Shown: piece by piece, positions 7,434 through 18,141 of the stretch
How positions within the stretch are numbered: the first letter of the stretch is position 1
Layout of the letters: each line of letters opens with the position of its first letter
NCBI GenBank assembly: GCA_023898425.1
Contig: CP060222.1
Span: 1 to 32,000, forward strand
Origin: Candidatus Saccharimonadota bacterium
GTDB lineage: Bacteria; Patescibacteriota; Patescibacteriia; 2-12-FULL-60-25
DNA: 32,000 bases
Direction of reading: 5' to 3'
The notes under the pieces: model-generated
The model's database searches: none
Seen by the model: only the letters and a program-made list of their open reading frames with translations
Told to the model about the DNA's origin: nothing
Translations under genes and position numbers: made by a program

Positions 7434-8882
7434 TTATTTCGAAGTTAGTGCTTTTTCTAAGAGCTCACGATTTTTTCCTTTCGACGGACCTGTTTTGGTT
7501 AGATCGATACTACCGTACCAATCACTGCCAAGCATAACGAGTTTTCCTGCGTGTAGCGCACCTTTATAATCAGGATGTTCTTGACCCGAGTCTTTGAGTT
7601 TTTGACTAAAAGACTTTGCTTCCAGCTTATCTTCGAAAATGTGCCATTCATCAGATTTATCGCGGCAGAAAAACGGACCATCGATTCCGGCTCCGGCTAT
7701 CTCTTGGGGAGTTCGGCCAGATTTTAATTGCTTCAAAACATCTGACAGCGGTTTCTCTAGCGCAGGGATTTTTGCTTCTTTTACCCAATCATCTTTTTCA
7801 TCATCAAAACGTTCTTCGTAGAAATCCATTGTCGCCAATATAATTTCTAGTTTATCCGAATAATGTTCGGCGAGTTCTTCGATGCTAGATTCGTCATGAT
7901 GATTCTTATCAAATTCAAATCCATAAGATGCCCATGCATATCCGCCAACGCTAATATTTGCGTGTAAATCCATTCGCTGAATACCCATAGCGTCGTACTC
8001 AGTAAGAGATTCTTTCAATACTTTGCCAGCAACACCTCCTTCTTGAACGCTATTTGGTAGAGAAAAGCGTTCATGATAAACAGACTTTTCTACTTCACCA
8101 TCTTCGCGCTTTCTTTTTGTGATGATGCGATTAATATCACATTGCTCACCTTCCTGATCAAAGTAGGCAAGTGTGAGTTTTGTTTCACCAAAGACTTCTC
8201 CCGTTTCTGGATCAATCGACATATCTCTTACATTGATAGCACCTTGACCTTCGTACATGTCGTACTCTAGAATATCTGTTTTCGTTCTTAGATCGCAAGA
8301 CTTAGCAAACGACGCTGCATTTGGTCCCATGATCTCGTGTACAGCGATAACGTTTTGCAATGTGGTGCTTTCGACGGCTACGGGTCCGCCTTCGTGTATC
8401 GGCTGTTTGAGTTCTTGCCAAAGCTTTTCTATAGATGCGGAAAAGGCCGGTTCTTCAAAAAGCTTTTTTGCGAAGGGTCCAATAGTTTTCTCCCAATCAG
8501 AAATAATACTAGCTTTCATTTCTGGGTTTTTTATTGCTGCTTCTCGTACCGTAACAAAGTCATTTGCTGAAAGACTTTCAAATGTCATATTACTTGCGAG
8601 ATCTTCGGGTGTACGTTGCTCTACATTGTTTTCGTTTTGTGTTTCAGTAATTGCGAGTAACTCATTGCTTAATTCGGTTTTGGCATTCGCGAGCTCGCTG
8701 ATATAGTCTTTGCGAAAAACATCCTCACCTACGAGATCTTTTAATTCATTAGATTGTTGTTCAATGGCTTTTTCTGCCTGAATCAAGACCTCGTGAGAAA
8801 GTTCTTTTGCGTTTTGCTCGTGTTTATTTGCCTCAATAGAAGCGATGCCTTGTTCTCGATGGTTTGTTGATTCTAGGTTCAT
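7434..8882 (-). CDS. Orphan 482-aa protein: N-terminal coiled-coil-like region plus a globular domain of unknown function
   Basis: The track ORF begins at a TTG (8936). The ATG at 8882 (MNLESTNH...) forms an ATGA overlap with the upstream sORF stop. Segment SVQEGGVAGKVLKESL..HANISVGGYAWASYGFEF weakly resembles a GNAT acyl-CoA binding core; that assignment is low confidence. Confidence 0.7.
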   Translation of the reverse strand: MNLESTNHREQGIASIEANKHEQNAKELSHEVLIQAEKAIEQQSNELKDLVGEDVFRKDYISELANAKTELSNELLAITETQNENNVEQRTPEDLASNMTFESLSANDFVTVREAAIKNPEMKASIISDWEKTIGPFAKKLFEEPAFSASIEKLWQELKQPIHEGGPVAVESTTLQNVIAVHEIMGPNAASFAKSCDLRTKTDILEYDMYEGQGAINVRDMSIDPETGEVFGETKLTLAYFDQEGEQCDINRIITKRKREDGEVEKSVYHERFSLPNSVQEGGVAGKVLKESLTEYDAMGIQRMDLHANISVGGYAWASYGFEFDKNHHDESSIEELAEHYSDKLEIILATMDFYEERFDDEKDDWVKEAKIPALEKPLSDVLKQLKSGRTPQEIAGAGIDGPFFCRDKSDEWHIFEDKLEAKSFSQKLKDSGQEHPDYKGALHAGKLVMLGSDWYGSIDLTKTGPSKGKNRELLEKALTSK

Positions 8883-9028
8883 AGGTTTTGTTTGTTGTCT
8901 TTGGCTTTGCGTTTTATCATTTCGAGCTTGTCGCAAAACGTTATCCAGGCCTGTTTCATTTTTTCAGCGCGTTGCAAATGATCATTATCACGCTGTACGT
9001 ATATACGAAACGGATTAGGAATTATCAT
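8879..9028 (-). CDS. Small helical ORF 2 (49 aa)
   Basis: Hand-translated as MIIPNPFRIYVQRDNDHLQRAEKMKQAWITFCDKLEMIKRKAKDNKQNL. There are ATGA start/stop overlaps at both ends. It shares the motif K.AW..F.(D/E)KL..IK(K/R).A with sORF 1. Confidence 0.5.
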   Translation of the reverse strand: MIIPNPFRIYVQRDNDHLQRAEKMKQAWITFCDKLEMIKRKAKDNKQNL

Positions 9029-9174
9029 AGCTTTTTACGTAGCTGCTCAAGTTCGTCGGCTGTTTCTTGCTGATCATTTTTTACAGCGTTTTTAATAGCA
9101 TTCTTTTTTATGGATATGAGCTTTTCTTGAAAGCGGTTCCAGGCAGCTTTGATGCGCTGTTCAGCAGTAAGCAT
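9025..9174 (-). CDS. Small helical ORF 1 (49 aa)
   Basis: Hand-translated as MLTAEQRIKAAWNRFQEKLISIKKNAIKNAVKNDQQETADELEQLRKKL. It starts 4 nt after the rlmH stop and ends in an ATGA overlap with sORF 2. Confidence 0.5.
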   Translation of the reverse strand: MLTAEQRIKAAWNRFQEKLISIKKNAIKNAVKNDQQETADELEQLRKKL

Positions 9175-9178
9175 AATC

Positions 9179-9658
9179 TTACTTATGATACTCCTTGCCC
9201 TTCAATATCGTAAGTCCACGATAGAGTTGCTCGAGCAAAACGATGCGTGCGAGAGCATGCGGCATGGTTAAAGGCGATAGTGAGAGTGAGATATCTGCGC
9301 GTTGTTTGACGCGGTCAGAGAGTCCCCATGAGCCACCGATGAGAAAGGTAAGTGGACGAGCGCCAGATTCGGACCATTGTTCGATCGCTTTAGAAAATGT
9401 AGCACTATCGTAGGTCTTTGCATGTTCATCCAAACAAATCACAAAGCTGTTATTGGGGATAAGTTTTAAAAGTTCATCTGCTTCACGTTCTTTTGTTTGT
9501 TGTAGGTCTGGTTTGGCAGAGCCTTTGTGACCTTCTTTTCCCTCAAAGAGTGTTATGGTAGAAAAGGCTTGTAAACGCTTGATATATTGCGCTTCGGCAG
9601 CCTCTTGCCAGGGCTCTTGAGGGGTGCCAATTGCACGTATCTGGAGGATTGGTTTCAT
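9179..9658 (-). CDS. rlmH: 23S rRNA (pseudouridine1915-N3)-methyltransferase RlmH (SPOUT family)
   Basis: 159 aa with the typical C-terminal signature LTFLIGGSWGLS..ISLSLSPLTMPHALARIVLLEQLYRGLTILKGKEYHK. Confidence 0.85.
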   Translation of the reverse strand: MKPILQIRAIGTPQEPWQEAAEAQYIKRLQAFSTITLFEGKEGHKGSAKPDLQQTKEREADELLKLIPNNSFVICLDEHAKTYDSATFSKAIEQWSESGARPLTFLIGGSWGLSDRVKQRADISLSLSPLTMPHALARIVLLEQLYRGLTILKGKEYHK

Positions 9659-9686
9659 AATAAGAGTTTCGCGGATTTGGCCTTAC

Positions 9687-9715
9687 TTGACAATGTCTTC
9701 TGAAGTCTGTAAATT
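9687..9715 (+). promoter_or_regulatory. Consensus sigma70-type promoter with no CDS downstream
   Basis: TTGACA (9687-9692), a 17-nt spacer, then TAAATT (9710-9715). Confidence 0.55.
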
Positions 9716-9721
9716 ACCGCC

Positions 9722-9901
9722 ACATTCAGTTGACCACGTCCCACGAATTCAGCACGAGCTGTTTGGCGAAAGGGACCTCTGGAGAACCACAGTCAAGAAC
9801 GTCTAAAAACGTTCACAACTCTCTCGGCCAAATAGGCCACGGATAGCCAAGACCACGGATCTCTCAGAGACCGAGCTTGGCCCCCGCCAAGCTCTTTTTT
9901 T
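9722..9901 (+). ncRNA. Candidate ~180-nt small RNA of unassigned class (or a terminated rRNA leader)
   Basis: Bounded by the promoter above and a strand-specific terminator. It is more GC-rich than its flanks and has local hairpins (gaacgt-ctaaaa-acgttc, ggcc-aaata-ggcc, cagc-acga-gctg) plus a direct repeat ccacggat x2. The only ORF is 37 codons, lacks an SD, and starts inside the promoter. Confidence 0.4.
9873..9901 (+). terminator. Strong intrinsic terminator, plus strand only
   Basis: 9-bp stem gagcttggc/gccaagctc, loop cccc, then T7. The opposite strand has no T-run. Confidence 0.8.
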
Positions 9902-10006
9902 CACCTCAAGGTTCGCGGTACGACGACCAGAGAACGTTGCCTGATCTTTCAGACGCCGTTCCTTGGCCGCCAGAAGCAATTCTCGACCAAGTGCAATTTT
10001 GACAAC

Positions 10007-10244
10007 AGAATATTGAAAAATGCATACAGGATCATTTTTATTCTCCAGAATAAAAAATAAGATCCAGTTAGAATTGTACGTAGAACATTCAACTGTTTTA
10101 TGTGCAAGGCATAACATTGCACTTGTAATTATAATCGTAACGAGTTAAATTTGATCGTTTAATCTGAAAAATATAATTGTGCATCCTCTGGACGCTTCTT
10201 CTCGCAAGAGAAGATGACGTGTACCAAGACTTCAACTTGGATAA
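10007..10244 (+). other. 23S precursor leader: 5' strand of an extended processing helix
   Basis: Complementary to 13293-13460. agaatattgaaaaatgc pairs with gcatttttcaatattct (17/17), gttagaattg with caattctaac, attcaactgttttatgtgcaaggca with tgccttgcacatacaacagctgaat (2 mismatches), and ataattgtgc with gcgcaattat. Confidence 0.75.
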
Positions 10245-13292
<3,048 letters not shown>

Positions 13293-13460
13293 CTAGGATG
13301 GAAGCGCAATTATTGTTAAACAATCAGAAATAAACCAGTGCGACCAATACATACATAAATGCAATGGGACTGCCTTGCACATACAACAGCTGAATCTCAT
13401 CATGATCTGATGAGCTTAAGCGATTCGATCGTCAATTCTAACAGCATTTTTCAATATTCT
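13293..13460 (+). other. 23S trailer: 3' strand of the processing helix
   Basis: Complement of 10007-10244 (see above). It has its own internal hairpin ctcatca-tgatc-tgatgag. Confidence 0.75.
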
Positions 13461-13516
13461 ATCGGCCCCAGCAATGTTTGGGCGACCGACATTTGAGGAC
13501 ATCCATGCCCTTAAAT

Positions 13517-13635
13517 GCCGGTGGCTCAAGCCAAGAGGTCACACCCGTTCCCATTTCGAACACGGAAGTTAAGCTCTTGAGCAGCGATGGTACTTGGACC
13601 CAACCCGGTCCTGGGAGAGTAGCCCGTTGCCGGAC
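13517..13635 (+). rRNA. rrf: 5S ribosomal RNA
   Basis: Aligns to the bacterial 5S consensus (CCCGTTCCCATTTCGAACACGGAAGTTAAGC ... GGGAGAGTAG). Helix I forms between 13518-13525 and 13626-13633. Confidence 0.9.
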
Positions 13636-13643
13636 CACACAGT

Positions 13644-13667
13644 AAACCCAGCGAAAGCTGGGTTTTT
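13644..13667 (+). terminator. rRNA operon terminator
   Basis: cccagc-gaaa-gctggg followed by T5. Confidence 0.8.
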
Positions 13668-13737
13668 GTATTGTTTGCATTCTTTCTTTATATTGCTAGG
13701 ATGCGAATGTTTTGTACATTTACCGGAGATTGCTGAG

Positions 13738-14556
13738 ATGAGTGAAAAAGCCGCTAAGAATGAGCTGAAAAATAAGTATCCGCTCAATAGCGAGATCTTT
13801 CAACTATTCTCGAAGTGCATTAACGCATTTCTATTGCCATCAAATTCAGTCTTTAAAAGGGCGTTTGATGCTAACGAGTCTGACGTGCTTGATATCGTGA
13901 GTGTTAAAGAACGCTTCTCTCAAATGTCTAAGTCTGAAGATTTTGCAGAGCGTTTTATTTTTGCTGCGCATGCAAAGCAAAAAATGAATACTGCACCTCA
14001 TCCCGCTCTAAAAAACTTTGGTAGTGCCTGTCTTTATGGTGCTAGGAATAGAAATTGGGATCCAAACTCTTTAGTAATTGGTCCTGCTTGGTTTGGTGAT
14101 GATACGATCTTGCGTGTTTCGGTAAAAATTATCGGACCAACGCTTATTGATGATCGTGTTCATTTGAAAACGGCTGCAGCAATTACCAGATCGATTATTG
14201 GTCCAGAGACCAAAGTTGAAGAAGGCACCACGATAAAAGACGCTGTCATCGGTGGAGAGGTGTTTATAGGCTCTGGAGCGCGTCTCACGAGCTTTTCTGA
14301 AGATGACCCATGGCTTGGTGCACGGGTAATGACGGTGTGGAATGATAACCCTCGTTATAGGGGCACGTTCGATACAGGGCGCTTACGCTTAGGCCCTGTG
14401 ATTGGAGATAGGTGTCGCATTGGTGCGAATGCCGTTCTAAAGCCCGGTGTAGTTTTGTATCCTGACTGCGTAGTTCCGGCAGGTGCTCATTTGCCGGCTG
14501 GGATTTATCCTGATTGTGACTCAATCAACGATGCCCTTGCGGCGAAAAAATACTGA
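13738..14556 (+). CDS. Hexapeptide-repeat (left-handed beta-helix) transferase-like protein
   Basis: Track ORF 13594-14556 overlaps the 5S gene, so it is trimmed to the ATG at 13738 (MSEKAAKNEL), with GGAG upstream. The C-terminal half shows imperfect hexapeptide periodicity (IGPETKVEEGTTIKDAVIGGEVFIGSGARL ... IGDRCRIGANAVLKPGVVLYPDCVVPAGAHL). Confidence 0.65.
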   Translation: MSEKAAKNELKNKYPLNSEIFQLFSKCINAFLLPSNSVFKRAFDANESDVLDIVSVKERFSQMSKSEDFAERFIFAAHAKQKMNTAPHPALKNFGSACLYGARNRNWDPNSLVIGPAWFGDDTILRVSVKIIGPTLIDDRVHLKTAAAITRSIIGPETKVEEGTTIKDAVIGGEVFIGSGARLTSFSEDDPWLGARVMTVWNDNPRYRGTFDTGRLRLGPVIGDRCRIGANAVLKPGVVLYPDCVVPAGAHLPAGIYPDCDSINDALAAKKY

Positions 14557-14558
14557 AT

Positions 14559-14584
14559 AAACCCCCGTACCTACGGGGGTTTTG
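14559..14584. terminator. Bidirectional terminator between convergent genes
   Basis: cccccg-taccta-cggggg flanked by aataaa and tttt. Confidence 0.75.
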
Positions 14585-16030
14585 CTATGGAACTAGAATG
14601 GTTTTTTTTGCTTTTAGATCATCGATGAGTTGCTTTGGTGCGGCACCTAATGCGAGAGCTGTTACAAGGTAGGTAGTGGCGCCTGCAAGCACAGGTACAC
14701 CTACCCAGTAGCTTTTTGTAAAAAGGATAATAGCCGTCATTGGAATACAGGCAATAAAAGCAAGAAGGGTGACTTTTGGCTTATAGATGATCCTGTGAGC
14801 TTGATGAGTGACGGTAATATTCGCGATAAGAATGAGTGTTTCAAAGACTACGGTGAGCCATGCAGCAGCCCAGATTCCGTAGCGTGGGATGAAATAGGTA
14901 TACGCTATAATCGCTATAGTAGATACAACAAGATAAGGAGGAATCATTTTGCGTTGAGCGTCGATAGCAATGACTGCATGCGAGAAAACAACGTTTATAA
15001 AAGTCACAGCAATGGCGACGGAGAGGATAGAAAGTGCACGGCCAGCATCTACAAACTCAGGTCCAGAAATAGCAATCAACACTTCTTTACCAAGAAGAAC
15101 AGACCCAAAAACAATAGGAATTGCGAGAAAAACCATCCCATCAATCGAGTGACTAATAAGGGTTGAGAATGCGTCGTATTGTTTTTTCATCCAGGCATTA
15201 CTTAAGATTGGTAAGATAATCCCTGCATACATAAAAGGGATGGTGATGAGCACCTCGAAGACTCGATACGCGGCACCATAGAGACCAACTTCTGCTTGGC
15301 TTCGGGTAAGACTGAGGATAAAGGTGTCTGCTTTAAAGTAAAACAAACCAAGTAAAATCGTTACACCAACGGGCCAAGAACGTTTGAGCGCCATCTTCCA
15401 AAAAGCGGGGTCCCAGTTCCATGAAAAGTTTGAGTATTTACGCGCATGATAAATATTAAAGGTAAATAAGATGAGTGACGAAAAAGTAATCACCCACATC
15501 ATGGGGATTAGACCAAGATTATAATGAATAACAGCTAGTACACCGATGATGGAGATGACACGGCCAAGTACTTCTGCGATAGCGGCAGACTCTAATTTTA
15601 ATACTTTTTGTTGTGCGCCTACGACAACCTGATTCATGCTCGGAAAAACAAAAGATCCAGCTAAGGCAAATACAGCAAGTTTAATGTGCCACGAGTAAGG
15701 GAACGCGAGCACGGATAGTGGCGCAATAACGAAAAGCATGGTGATTGCTAAAATCACTCGTAGCGTAAAGAGTGCGCTTACGCAGCGTTTTTGAAATGCC
15801 TCATCGTCTGCGTGTTCGCCAAGTAGTGCGACCAAGGTGACATTGAGTCCCATGTCCAAAAAGAGCGCAAAGAACTGTAGATAGGTATTTGCCGTTGTAT
15901 ACGCACCAAATCCTTCGGCACCCAAGGAACGTGTCATGAGGATAATCAGCCAGATTCCGATAATGGTAGAGAGGATTTTTCCTGCCACCTGGATACTCGT
16001 ATTCCAAAGGATTTTTTTTGCGAGAGACAT
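14585..16030 (-). CDS. MOP-superfamily polysaccharide/lipid-linked oligosaccharide flippase (Wzx/MurJ-like)
   Basis: About 480 aa, hydrophobic throughout with many predicted TM helices. The N-terminus MSLAKKILWNTSIQVAGKILSTIIGIWLIILMTRSLGAEGFGAY is typical of the polysaccharide biosynthesis protein family. An alternative ATG at 16048 adds 6 aa. Confidence 0.75.
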   Translation of the reverse strand: MSLAKKILWNTSIQVAGKILSTIIGIWLIILMTRSLGAEGFGAYTTANTYLQFFALFLDMGLNVTLVALLGEHADDEAFQKRCVSALFTLRVILAITMLFVIAPLSVLAFPYSWHIKLAVFALAGSFVFPSMNQVVVGAQQKVLKLESAAIAEVLGRVISIIGVLAVIHYNLGLIPMMWVITFSSLILFTFNIYHARKYSNFSWNWDPAFWKMALKRSWPVGVTILLGLFYFKADTFILSLTRSQAEVGLYGAAYRVFEVLITIPFMYAGIILPILSNAWMKKQYDAFSTLISHSIDGMVFLAIPIVFGSVLLGKEVLIAISGPEFVDAGRALSILSVAIAVTFINVVFSHAVIAIDAQRKMIPPYLVVSTIAIIAYTYFIPRYGIWAAAWLTVVFETLILIANITVTHQAHRIIYKPKVTLLAFIACIPMTAIILFTKSYWVGVPVLAGATTYLVTALALGAAPKQLIDDLKAKKTILVP

Positions 16031-16094
16031 GGTTGTATTGTACCGCATTCTCTTCTATCGCGTATATGGATAAAACTATGATATAGTTAAGCGC

Positions 16095-16814
16095 ATGAAA
16101 CATGCTTTTATAGCATTTATTGTACTTTTTGGTCTTAGTCCAGCGCTTTTTGTATACGCTCAATCAGGATCAAGTGCTCAGTACAAGAGTTTTGATATGG
16201 GGACGGTACCTGCCACGGTAGAGGCTTCTTCGCCGGGCTATATTTTAAATGGGTCGGTAGAGGCAATTGTTGGCGAAGGACTGACCAGCACAAATTATCA
16301 AGGCGGAGCAGGATCGCCCGTTCCTCAAGAACCAGATGTCGTTGTACCTCCGGTGCCTACACCAACATCAGGCGGAGGGGGCGGTTCTGGTGGTTTGGGT
16401 GATAAACGAGCACCTACGTTGCGACATCGTATTTGGACGTATTTACCGGTAGGCGTTATTAACGGTGAGCGTGGAGAAGCGGGCGGAATCGTTTTTTTAA
16501 ACGATTCTACAGTAGGTATTGAATATATAGGCGCTTTACAATGGCAGAAATCTGCTCATCCTCTAGGTTTAGGAAACAATCTACTCTCCGCTCGTTCGCA
16601 ATACGGTCAGCAATATTCAGAAAGAACAGAGTCCATTATGCGACGCAGGTTAGTAGGTGATGTAAACGATAGTCAATATGTTGATGATATTGATCTATCA
16701 CTCTTTTCACGTGCTTGGGGCAAACCAATCCCTGAAGCTGACTTTAACGAAGACGGCAAGGTGGATGATCTTGATCTTTCGCTCTTAGCTAGTCATTGGC
16801 ATCAACGTTTCTAA
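16095..16814 (+). CDS. Secreted protein with C-terminal dockerin-like module
   Basis: Signal peptide MKHAFIAFIVLFGLSPALFVYAQ, then a Gly/Pro linker. The C-terminal duplicated Ca-binding segments GDVNDSQYVDDIDLSLF and DFNEDGKVDDLDLSLL (16650-16799) fit the type I dockerin pattern DxNxDGxxDxxD. Confidence 0.7.
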   Translation: MKHAFIAFIVLFGLSPALFVYAQSGSSAQYKSFDMGTVPATVEASSPGYILNGSVEAIVGEGLTSTNYQGGAGSPVPQEPDVVVPPVPTPTSGGGGGSGGLGDKRAPTLRHRIWTYLPVGVINGERGEAGGIVFLNDSTVGIEYIGALQWQKSAHPLGLGNNLLSARSQYGQQYSERTESIMRRRLVGDVNDSQYVDDIDLSLFSRAWGKPIPEADFNEDGKVDDLDLSLLASHWHQRF

Positions 16815-16826
16815 TATCTTTACACT

Positions 16827-18071
16827 ATGAAAATTGCTCTTTCTCGCCTTCTTTTAGGCTTAATGCCAGCGTTTATCGTTGGGCTGTTTGCTACTCAGGT
16901 TCATGCGGCAACGGTTTCTATACAGGCCCCTACTGAAGTAACGCTTGGTCAAACATTTCAGGTGAATTATGTTGTCCAAGGTGCGCAAGCCGTTGATACG
17001 GTACGATTAAATGGTACCTATAGCGCCAACTTACTTGAGTTAAAAACGTTGTCTTTGTCCAAGGCGCTTGATAACCGCTCACCATCTACTGGGTTTAATC
17101 AACAAAATGGCACCTATTCTTTTGGGGCTTTTACTGTCGCTGAGCCTGCTAATGGCGCAACGAATGCAGGTGTCTTTACCTTTACGGCAAAAGAATTGGG
17201 TACGGCCACAGTTGCGCTTCAAGGAGATTCTTTAGTTCTCGCCGCTGGGGTAAACCAACTGGTAGGTGTCGCGAGTGCACAAATTCGTATCGTTGCCCCT
17301 AAAAAAGACGATATCGTAAGAGTGCCGCCTAGTAGTGTAGCCACGACGACAGATTTTTTTGTGGCAAGCGCATCTCATCCAGATGAAGATCAATGGTACA
17401 CGAATCGTGAGGTAGATATTACCTGGGATATTTTAGGAAAAGGGCTCACTTCAGTTTTTATAGCATTTGACGATCAGCCAGAGGGACCAGCTACAGAAAA
17501 AGTAGAGAATAAAGGCGAGAAACGTTTTATAGCGCCAAAAGATGGAGTTTGGTATGCGCACATTATCGCTACTTTTAACGACGGAAGAAGACTTAGACGT
17601 GACTATCGTTTACAAATAGATACGGTTGCGCCAAAGCCTTTTGCATTAAGTGCAGATTTTGAACAAATTGACCCTAACGTATCAAATTATCTACGATTCG
17701 CCGCCCTTGATGAGACGTCAGGAATCAGTCTTTATCGCATTTACGATGGTGATAAACTTGTAACAACCACCACAGAGCCTTTCTTTTCTCTAAGTGGTCT
17801 TACGGGCAATCGTGAGTTTACGGTAGAAGCCATGGATCTTGCTGGAAATGTCACAAAAAACTCTACGAAAGTAAGGCTGGGCGCAATGCTTACTAAAGAG
17901 GAAAAGACAAATGTGTGGTGGACTCTTCTTTTTGGGATGTTGCTTGTTATGCTGACAGGATTTATTGTTGGTATTTTGCTCATGAAGCGAAGAAAAGAAG
18001 AAGAAAAAGCAGATGTGAAAAGAACATCTTTATCCACAAGGCGACGCAAAAAGAAAAGCGTTACGAAATAA
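16827..18071 (+). CDS. Membrane-anchored cohesin-like domain protein
   Basis: Signal peptide, then a cohesin-like beta-sandwich (ATVSIQAPTEVTLGQTFQVNYVVQGAQAVDTVRLNGTYSANLLELKTL...GVFTFTAKELGTATVAL, about 16905-17295), then a second domain (HPDEDQWYTN..DGVWYAHIIA..IDTVAPKP). A C-terminal TM (WWTLLFGMLLVMLTGFIVGILLM) is followed by a Lys/Arg tail. Confidence 0.7.
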   Translation: MKIALSRLLLGLMPAFIVGLFATQVHAATVSIQAPTEVTLGQTFQVNYVVQGAQAVDTVRLNGTYSANLLELKTLSLSKALDNRSPSTGFNQQNGTYSFGAFTVAEPANGATNAGVFTFTAKELGTATVALQGDSLVLAAGVNQLVGVASAQIRIVAPKKDDIVRVPPSSVATTTDFFVASASHPDEDQWYTNREVDITWDILGKGLTSVFIAFDDQPEGPATEKVENKGEKRFIAPKDGVWYAHIIATFNDGRRLRRDYRLQIDTVAPKPFALSADFEQIDPNVSNYLRFAALDETSGISLYRIYDGDKLVTTTTEPFFSLSGLTGNREFTVEAMDLAGNVTKNSTKVRLGAMLTKEEKTNVWWTLLFGMLLVMLTGFIVGILLMKRRKEEEKADVKRTSLSTRRRKKKSVTK

Positions 18072-18079
18072 AGAAAAAA

Positions 18080-18088
18080 TGCTATAAT
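18080..18088 (+). promoter_or_regulatory. Possible extended -10 promoter (TGcTATAAT) for the giant gene
   Basis: tgctataat at 18080-18088 with no clear -35. It overlaps the upstream gene's terminator region. Confidence 0.35.
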
Positions 18089-18089
18089 T

Positions 18090-18115
18090 GAAACGTCCAA
18101 TAGGACGTTTCTTTT
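18090..18115 (+). terminator. Hairpin terminator after the cohesin gene
   Basis: gaaacgtcc-aata-ggacgtttc followed by T4. Confidence 0.6.
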
Positions 18116-18141
18116 ACATGTTCGGTAGTACTTTGGTAAAA

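Noticed and set aside
2198-9178. Integrated mobile element at tRNA-Leu
   Set aside because: No integrase or recombinase gene is present, and by eye I found no downstream direct repeat of the tRNA 3' end (an att site). It is therefore reported only as an accessory-looking region.
9693-9806. 37-codon ORF (MSSEVCKLPPHSVDHVPRIQHELFGERDLWRTTVKNV) within the orphan RNA region
   Set aside because: It has no SD, its ATG lies inside the predicted promoter spacer, and its composition is atypical. It is kept only as an alternative to the ncRNA reading.
9722-9872. SRP (4.5S) RNA identity for the orphan RNA, prompted by CUGUUU...GGACC..GGAGAACCACAGUCAAG resembling the domain IV string
   Set aside because: I could not fold a GNRA-type tetraloop helix with the symmetric and asymmetric loops. 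The apparent match is linear only. RNase P and tmRNA signatures are also absent, so the class is left open.
13594-13737. N-terminal 48 codons of track ORF 13594-14556
   Set aside because: They overlap the 3' part of the 5S rRNA and the operon terminator. The real start is taken as the ATG at 13738.
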